A stretch of 64,000 nt of DNA from an uncultured delta proteobacterium (GTDB lineage Bacteria; Desulfobacterota; Desulfomonilia; UBA1062): contig CAWCTR010000007.1 of NCBI GenBank assembly GCA_963798485.1, positions 578,043 through 642,042 of the forward strand, read 5' to 3'. Within the stretch, counting starts at the first letter, position 1, and the number at the start of each line of letters is the position of its first letter. This document shows, in pieces, positions 57,704 through 64,000 of the stretch. The notes below the pieces were generated by a model. The model did not search any database. It was not told the origin of the DNA and saw only the letters and a list, made by a program, of their open reading frames with translations. The position numbers were made by a program, and so were the translations under genes.

Positions 57704-59975
57704 ACCGGGTAGGTCGGGGGCGTTACCGCCCCGTTCCCCCCTCAGAACCGTACGTGATAGTTTCCCATCATACGGCTCAAGCATCTTTGAAGGCAGCTCC
57801 TGTGGAGCGGCCCGACTGTGATACCTCCTAAGCGGCCTTCATCGCTCGAATCTGTCGAGCAGAGAGGGCCGCAAGCAGTTTGCTTTCCTTTTCATGCCTG
57901 CGCTGCCAGTAGTAAGCAGCGTATTCCGGCAAGTAAGGGTTCGCGTCTGCTTTGATCTTCCTATGCCTTCGAATGCCTATGGTGCATACTCTGAGAACCT
58001 GATATACTTTTACTCGACCTTTGGCATCTTTCGAGCGTACTGCAAATATATGTTTTAGACCCGAGGCTGTCCAGTATTCCTTGATCAGCCATTTCACGGG
58101 CTTGCTCTGATGACGCCTGTGCACCATACGCCACAACTGTTCGAAGACATAGGTGTCGATGCGACAGAAGGCATCCGACGCTGCCACGTGGCGGTGGTAA
58201 TTGGCCCAGCCTCGGAGTGTCTGATTCAACTCCTTGATCAGGACCGGCATCGGCGCGCTGACGTGTTTGCGGATAATCGTTCCCAACTTCCGTACGAGGG
58301 CGAGGACTCCCTCTTTTGCCGGAGTGATGTGCAGCACCCGTCCATGCTTTCGGAAGGTTTGCCCGAGGAACGTAAACCCGTTCTTGATGTAGGTGATCGC
58401 AGTCTTGGCTGGTGATAAGGATAGACCGCGTTCCGCAAGAAACATCTCCACCGCAGGCTTGATGTCTTCTTCCAACAGACGTTTTGATTTGCCTGTTATG
58501 ATGAAGTCATCGGCATAGCGGATGAAGTTGACTCGGCTTCGACGGGGGACTGCACGTTGGATGACCTCCTCCAGACCGTCGAGCGTCATGTTTGCAATGG
58601 TCGGGCTGATTATCCCTCCTTGCGGTGTTCCTCTGCGGGTCGGATACGTTTTGTTGTCTTCCACGTACCCTGCCTTCAGCCACTTGTACAGCACGGTTTT
58701 ATCCATCGGAAGGTTTCTGAGAATCCAGTCATGGGAGATGTTGTCGTAACATCCTTCGATGTCTCCCTCCATCACCCAGGTTGCCGAGTTCGGCTTGGAC
58801 AGGGCATTGAATGCTGCTGCTACTGCATCAGCACACGACCGGCCTTCACGGAAGCCGTAGGAATTCCTGTCGGCGGAAGTTTCCGCTACCGGGGAGAGCG
58901 CCAGCTTGTACAGTGCCTGCATTGCCCGATCCTGCATGGTTGGGATCGATAGAGGTCTTTTCTTTCCATTCTTCTTCGGGATGTAAATCCGCCTGAGCGG
59001 CTGAGGCTTGTAGCCACGTCTGCGCAGGCTGAACGCAGCCCGCCATTTGGCTCGGGCGCTTCGCCACAAGACGCCGTCAACGCCAGGAGTATTCTTCCCC
59101 TTGTTGGAGGTCGCCCGTTTCACAGCCATCAGCTTGGCGTATAACGAGCGGGTTAACAGATAGTGAAGCACCCTTACCTTGTTCCACCTGTTTCCCTTCA
59201 CAGCCTGTGCGATACGTACCTGCAGCCTTCTGACCTGACGCATTAGGACTTTCCAGTCAATGGATTTCCATCTCTTAGCGTCAGCGATGAGTGCACCAGC
59301 TTTATCGGCCGTCTTTTGCCTTCCCATCTCCAAAGGTTCTCCAAGCTCTCTCGCACCAAGACACCGGTCGGACGTCTGCACGCTCTCGTCGGGGCTGCTG
59401 CCACCGGCTTTCGCGTCGGGCCATGTCTCATGCCCTATCCGTAGTATTACCTACGGCCTTTGCTTCTTCCGACTTCTCTTCCCCGCCGCTCCGACAGCAC
59501 GCCTTGCGGTAATGCCTGCCCGGTATTGCACCGGGCGAAATAGCGGGGTTACTGCGTTCTACATAATCGACCATCACGGACAACGTAGGCGGGACTTGGA
59601 CGCCGGTGGCTTATTAGCGGCCCCGTGCAGGCACGTTAACAACCTGCAACCTCACACCACACGTGCAAACACATAAGAAGCACGTCTTAGACCTATTAAT
59701 CCCTGTAGGTCCGTTGCTCGTCTGACGGCGCGTGAAATCCTTTGCCTGTTCTCGCCCTATTGCCCTGACCCTAGCCCTTAACCGAGCGGGATTCTCGGAT
59801 GGGATTCCACCTCACGGCTTCCTCCCGGTTCGGTACATTGTCGGACGGGCTTCACACCCGCTGCACAACGCACAGCACGCATGCCGTCCTAGGGTACTGG
59901 CGGAGACACACCAGGTGATTTCCAGTTTCTCTATCCTCCTATAATCACATTCGATTATGCAACTTCGCATCGCGA
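57704..59975 (-). mobile_element. Group II intron (CL/chloroplast-like class)
   Basis: DV GAGCCGTATGATGGGAAACTATCACGTACGGTTC; DVI ending CCTACCCGGT; 5' end TCGCGATGCGAAG (boundaries +/- 1-2 nt). Confidence 0.85.
57828..59327 (-). CDS. ltrA: Group II intron reverse transcriptase/maturase without HNH endonuclease
   Basis: RVT_N WKSIDW..VRRLQVRI, TPGVDG, GTPQGGIISP, RYADD, X domain LRGWANY; ends after ANPY. Confidence 0.92.
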   Translation of the reverse strand: MGRQKTADKAGALIADAKRWKSIDWKVLMRQVRRLQVRIAQAVKGNRWNKVRVLHYLLTRSLYAKLMAVKRATSNKGKNTPGVDGVLWRSARAKWRAAFSLRRRGYKPQPLRRIYIPKKNGKKRPLSIPTMQDRAMQALYKLALSPVAETSADRNSYGFREGRSCADAVAAAFNALSKPNSATWVMEGDIEGCYDNISHDWILRNLPMDKTVLYKWLKAGYVEDNKTYPTRRGTPQGGIISPTIANMTLDGLEEVIQRAVPRRSRVNFIRYADDFIITGKSKRLLEEDIKPAVEMFLAERGLSLSPAKTAITYIKNGFTFLGQTFRKHGRVLHITPAKEGVLALVRKLGTIIRKHVSAPMPVLIKELNQTLRGWANYHRHVAASDAFCRIDTYVFEQLWRMVHRRHQSKPVKWLIKEYWTASGLKHIFAVRSKDAKGRVKVYQVLRVCTIGIRRHRKIKADANPYLPEYAAYYWQRRHEKESKLLAALSARQIRAMKAA

Positions 59976-60045
59976 TTAACGTTAAAGCTCACTGGCTGCA
60001 ATGGAGCAAAGGGGAAATATCGACCGGTGCAGCGCCTTGTTAGCT
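59974..60045 (-). repeat. attC site 1 (72 bp)
   Basis: R'' AGCTAAC (contains stop codon), L'' GCTGCAC with extrahelical G, L' GTGAGC, R' GTTAATC. Confidence 0.85.
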
Positions 60046-61047
60046 TGTCACTTCAATTTCAAACCCAATCTTCTTGGATTGTTCAATGAACTTCTCGATA
60101 TTCCCTTTACCCCACTGGTTTGAAATTGCATATTGCGTGGAGTCTGGAAACTCAATTATTTCATTTTCCCTAAGAAAATGGCGATAAATACCCTGCCTGC
60201 CGTAAATCCCATGAGCATCACTTACAGGAATAAACATTCCTCCACTTCTAATTTCTTGAGGGAAAGCAATTAATAGCTCAGTTAGATTGTTTGGCTTGTT
60301 CTCTGCTATCCAGTGTTGAATGACAGCCAACACCAACTTTCTTTTATTGTAAGCATTGCCTTGAAAAAAATAGCGCGTGTAATCTTTTGATGATTTCCTA
60401 GCCTCTCTCCTTTCTTCTGACTGTTGCTTAATCTTTACCTGGTAACTTTCCGCTTCTGGTAAAGGAATTATCTGTTGAACATCTATAAGTATTTGACTTT
60501 GGTATTTGTAGGGTATGAATCGAACGCATCGAATATCAATATTTCTTTCATTAAGCCACATCACTGATGTCGTTAGCTCTTTGGAAAAATCAGATGAAAC
60601 CAAAACGATGCGAACATCCAATGCAAAATCGTCCTCTTGTGGTTCCTCCCAGCCCAGAAATTCTAGCAAACTATTTTCTGCATTTAGCTCAACACCTATT
60701 GAATTTAGATATTTTTGATAAATTTCAACTGCACGGCTGAAAGTGAGAGTAGATACCATTGCTGCATACCGCAGTGCTTGCAGCTCCATATTCTCTCCGG
60801 TTTCAGTTCGTTTTAACTCAATGACAACCAGATTCCCCTCTTTATCGACTGCCAGTAAATCAATTCGGCGCTGAGAACCCGACCACTCTGCGAACTCTTC
60901 TGATATTACGAGGCAGTTGGGAGCTACGACAGCAATTTGGTGCTTGAGTGCTAACTGCAAATGATGACGTTCAAGTATTCCTTCACTGTTAAAAGTTGTG
61001 GTATCAACTTTCTGCAACGAATTGTCATTAAAACTATAAATTGCCAT
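60040..61047 (-). CDS. Cassette: NucS/DUF91-like PD-(D/E)XK endonuclease with distinct C-terminal domain
   Basis: RIDLLAVDKEGNLVVIELKR...QALRYA. Confidence 0.78.
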   Translation of the reverse strand: MAIYSFNDNSLQKVDTTTFNSEGILERHHLQLALKHQIAVVAPNCLVISEEFAEWSGSQRRIDLLAVDKEGNLVVIELKRTETGENMELQALRYAAMVSTLTFSRAVEIYQKYLNSIGVELNAENSLLEFLGWEEPQEDDFALDVRIVLVSSDFSKELTTSVMWLNERNIDIRCVRFIPYKYQSQILIDVQQIIPLPEAESYQVKIKQQSEERREARKSSKDYTRYFFQGNAYNKRKLVLAVIQHWIAENKPNNLTELLIAFPQEIRSGGMFIPVSDAHGIYGRQGIYRHFLRENEIIEFPDSTQYAISNQWGKGNIEKFIEQSKKIGFEIEVTS

Positions 61048-61068
61048 GTTCCCCCCGCTTCTTCGTCG

Positions 61069-61100
61069 ACCTAACGTCCGCCTGGATGCCTTTGTTCGAC
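61069..61100 (-). repeat. Truncated attC site 2 (32 bp)
   Basis: GTCGAAC-AAAGGCATCCAGGCGGAC-GTTAGGT: R'' and L'' present, L' and terminal loop missing. Confidence 0.72.
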
Positions 61101-61104
61101 CCTA

Positions 61105-61950
61105 CTACTTACTCGTCCAGTTTCGGTTCAACCCCATTTCCCGGCTTTGTAGTTTGGACTGCCATCGACCTTCCATCCTTAGTATGTCCTTTGTTGTCGC
61201 AGACGTTCCTGCAACTTCCAGAATCGAAATCTGATAATCACTTGGATCGCGACTCTTGAGACCAAGGTTGCCGCCATGACCTGTGTGGACGTAGTCTTGC
61301 CAGCGGCCCCAAAATCCTTCCTCACCAGTCGCAGATCCAACATACTGCTCCTTTGTCTTAGGACATGTAAGCAAGTAGATTCCACGAGAAGATTGGAGGG
61401 CTGTAATCCAGTTCTTTGGGACATTGTTGAGCTTTGATAGCGCTTGGATGAAGTTCAAAAAGCCCGGGAAAGTGGGTTCCTGAAATGCCATGCGCAACTC
61501 AGTGATGGGCTTATCGTTCCGTTCAGCATATTGGACCCACGCGAGTGCTCCCGGTCCCCAATTGATAAATAACCTCCCAATGAGATCACTTAGCGTATTC
61601 TGTATCTTGAGGTCATAGACGTCACAGCTTCCGGCTTCGTCAATACCTTCCATATGAGGTCTGGGGGTGTCTTTTTTTAAAAGTCCTTGATACTGCACAG
61701 CATAAAGTCCAGCAAACATCGTATCATCGTTGAGATTGACAATGAACACTGCCCAGTACGGTGCAGTGAATTTCTTTCGATTCGGGATGCTTTGGTTGGA
61801 TTGGTAAAGCTCAAACTGTGGGCGGTTGTCACGCCACAATTCGTAAGGTGTATGGCCCCTCGTTGCTTTTTTGTCTTTGTGTCGGATAAGGCGAACATCA
61901 GCCAGTGGTAACCCAGCTTCACGCAGGATTGTATTAAACATAATAGACAT
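61105..61950 (-). CDS. Cassette: GIY-YIG nuclease-family protein
   Basis: GIYLL...QYVGSA, GRWQDY, MEGRWQ..L, GLNRN; extended N-terminal domain. Confidence 0.85.
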   Translation of the reverse strand: MSIMFNTILREAGLPLADVRLIRHKDKKATRGHTPYELWRDNRPQFELYQSNQSIPNRKKFTAPYWAVFIVNLNDDTMFAGLYAVQYQGLLKKDTPRPHMEGIDEAGSCDVYDLKIQNTLSDLIGRLFINWGPGALAWVQYAERNDKPITELRMAFQEPTFPGFLNFIQALSKLNNVPKNWITALQSSRGIYLLTCPKTKEQYVGSATGEEGFWGRWQDYVHTGHGGNLGLKSRDPSDYQISILEVAGTSATTKDILRMEGRWQSKLQSREMGLNRNWTSK

Positions 61951-61972
61951 TACACTAACCTCACGTTAATTG

Positions 61973-62033
61973 GTCGAACAGCAGGCATCAGCGCCGCGGC
62001 TCTACAGCGTCCACCTGGATGCCTTTATTGACC
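61973..62033 (-). repeat. attC site 3 (61 bp)
   Basis: R'' GGTCAAT (variant), L'' GCATCCAG, L' CTGATGC, R' GTTCGAC. Confidence 0.8.
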
Positions 62034-63066
62034 TGTAGATCATCTGGTGCTTCCCCTGCCGTTTCTTCAAGAACCTGTTGAATTAAGCCTCGGTACTCAG
62101 AAACAACGTGGTAGTTGTCTTTGGTCTCTCCATGGGCTCCACCTGTCTCGAATTCGATTGCCTGCCGCAGGTGAGGGTTAGACTTCTTAGTTAAAAACTG
62201 AGAAATGTTGCTGAGGTAACGCCCGGCTTGACCTATATCATTGCCTATACCCGCTTCAACAAGGCCTTGCTTCACATTTTCGCGACTATAGGTGCGATCC
62301 TCCTGTATAACAATTTCAAGGAAAGCGCGAAACCGTGGTGTCAAATCGCTTGGTCGAATGAGGGACTGGATGATTCGCTCCTTGAGCTGATCTGCAGGAA
62401 GATTGGAAGCCTCTAGTGAGAAGGAACTTTTTCCAGGAAGTTTCTGTTCTTTCACTTTAACTTCTTTCTTCTGGATGTAGTCCCTTGCTTCGGGTAGGGG
62501 GATAATGATGTCAGCATTTATGAAAATATTTCCCTGTTGGTCAACATGAGGTGTCACGCGGATGCACTCGATGTCGATTATCGCGTCACGCAACCAGAGT
62601 ACCGCCGAAATTACTTCAGAATTGAACTCTTTCGAAACCAATACAATTCTTTGTTTCTCGTTAAGGTCTTCAGGTTCGCAGTCTATGAACTCCTCAATCT
62701 TAACCTGAGCATCATCAACATCCGTGCCAAGGTACTCGGCAAAATACTTGTAGATTTCGTCTTGAGAAAAACTCGAACAGTATGAAGCGTACTTGATTGC
62801 CTGCCACTCAACGTCTGAGCCAGAATCATCCCTCTTGAGCTCAATGATCACAAGTGCGCCCTCCTTGTCCACCGCCAACAAATCAAGACGCCTTCCTGAT
62901 GGAAGTATTAGTTCTTTAGCGATGACCAGTAAGTCCTCACCAAGGATTTCTGGTGTCCCATTGATCCATTCCTGAATATCAAACCGTTCTTTCAGGTTCA
63001 GAAGCACCTAATGATGTCACGGGGATCTTCTACGAGCTTCTCGTTTTCAATGTCCACCTTATACAT
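61988..63066 (-). CDS. Cassette: second NucS/DUF91-like endonuclease; 5' end frame-broken
   Basis: RLDLLAVDKEGALVIIELKR..QAIKYA; AGGAGG RBS + ATG at 63066 (MYKVDIEN) is out of frame with ORF 61988-63007. Confidence 0.75.
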
Positions 63067-63093
63067 TCATTCCCTCCTGTATCAGTGTTGGCA

Positions 63094-63155
63094 GGCCAAT
63101 CCAAAGTCACCGTGAGCCGGATTTATCGGCGATCCGGTGCAGCGACTCGCCGGCA
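63094..63155 (-). repeat. Degenerate attC site 4
   Basis: GCTGCACCGGATCGCCGATAAATCCGGCTCACGGTGA core; R boxes damaged (TGCCGGC / ATTGGCC). Confidence 0.6.
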
Positions 63156-63159
63156 TTTT

Positions 63160-63720
63160 CTCTTTCTATTATTCTGACCCCCTTGCATCGTCTTCCGCTA
63201 TTCCGGGAGAATAGTCACTCCCCTTCTGGTGAAGCCCCCTGTATTTACAAGGTCCTGCTATTATTTCTTGTTCGACCGCCTCGTCTTTTGCCTCATCTGG
63301 ATTTCTTCGCGCCCAATAGATTGTCTCTTAGCCAGCAGTCCAAACTGTTTGGCTTAGGATGGTCTATTCTTCTGCATTCTTTCAGAATCCTTGTATCATG
63401 TAATTCCTTGATCTGTTGTTCTTATATGTTCTTTGAGGTGTTAAATCGAATGAATTGTTCCCATATGGTAGATTGATAGATGGCATGTTTGTCCTTTCTA
63501 TTTGATTCATTTACCTTGGTTTGCAGAAGAAACAGTTCTCTCAATTCTGGCAAGACGCGTTGTTCGGCGAATGTCAATGCAGCGGCATAGGTCTCGTGGT
63601 ATTCATAGTTCCCTGACGGTACTGGTGTTGCCCTCGTGCTTTTTAATTTGATTGCATCCATCACAATTGAATGGTCATATGCGGATTGGCTGAACGTTTT
63701 TATACTGTGGCTAACTCCAT
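63160..63720 (-). pseudogene. Cassette: hypothetical gene with multiple frame breaks
   Basis: AAGGAG RBS and ATG after attC5 R'; open fragments incl. 63422-63760; no recognised motif. Confidence 0.4.
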
Positions 63721-63742
63721 CTCCACATCTCCTTAATAGCAT

Positions 63743-63799
63743 GCCTAACGTACAGATCACCTGCGGCTATAAGCCGTCCAGTGGATTAGCGGGTTAAGC
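63743..63799 (-). repeat. attC site 5 (57 bp)
   Basis: R'' GCTTAAC, L'' ATCCAC, loop CGGCTTATAGCCG, L' GTGAT, R' GTTAGGC. Confidence 0.8.
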
Positions 63800-63811
63800 T
63801 TTTTCCATACC

Positions 63812-64000
63812 TCAAGCAAGCTTTCTATTATCAAGTTGGTCTAGAAAGGCCTCTTTGGTACTTATGGTAAGCTAGTTGCAGGTATTATAGCGGTAATTGC
63901 TCGCCAAGCATGCCACATAAATCTTCCTAATATGTCAAAGTCATCGATTGTTGCACCATGATGAACAAAGGAGGATCGGATTCTGTATAAGCATCTCTAA
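63812..64000 (-). CDS. Cassette (partial, frame-broken): C-terminus of Apea-like HEPN protein
   Basis: YRIRSSFVHHG carries the HEPN RxxxxH motif; ends ..LDQLDNRKLA* just before attC5. Confidence 0.6.

Larger units (their letters stand above)
49635..64000. mobile_element. tRNA-Arg-integrated MOBQ integrative mobilizable element (continues beyond window)
   Basis: att fragment, ardC, abiE, traA, oriT, mobC, group II intron, attC array; visibly AT-richer than core. Confidence 0.8.

Noticed and set aside
57828-59381. RT as retron, DGR or defence RT
   Set aside because: RVT_N, YADD, X domain and flanking DV/DVI identify a group II intron IEP; no TR/VR pair or msr-msd seen
59243-59944. Short ORFs in the 5' part of the second intron
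   Set aside because: They lie within ribozyme domains I-III and have no protein motifs
1-64000. CRISPR array
   Set aside because: No run of equal-length direct repeats with unique spacers seen; repeats are IR/REP or attC types

Overview
Chromosomal window from an anaerobic, probably deltaproteobacterial (Desulfobacterota-like) genome; the taxon is inferred from gene content only. 1-36 kb is GC-rich core/metabolic DNA: rlmB, two OYE flavin reductases, two acyl-CoA dehydrogenases, a frameshifted ilvD, amrS, M18 aminopeptidase, polA, serC, a TPAT (TatT-TRAP) transporter, pckG, a 2-hydroxyacyl-CoA dehydratase pair, an ABC-2 exporter and a LonC-type protease. It carries at least four different REP/REPIN-like repeat families. 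36-49.5 kb is an AT-richer accessory patchwork: ComEA, Tat-exported SOR, an IS481 core remnant, a split serine protease, chrA, a DUF6160 gene behind a sigma-54-type promoter, and an ORF-less group II intron. From 49.6 kb to the window end lies an element integrated in tRNA-Arg(TCG), whose displaced 3' fragment sits upstream of tRNA-Lys(CTT). It encodes ArdC, an AbiE TA pair, a MOBQ TraA relaxase-helicase preceded by an intact but catalytically dead relaxase paralog, oriT/mobC, and a CL-class group II intron. The intron sits in the terminal R' box of a minus-strand integron cassette array (5 attC sites) whose identifiable cassettes are nuclease/HEPN, putative anti-phage genes. No integrase (tRNA-targeting or IntI) is inside the window. 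The last ~1 kb has many frame breaks that may be sequencing noise.
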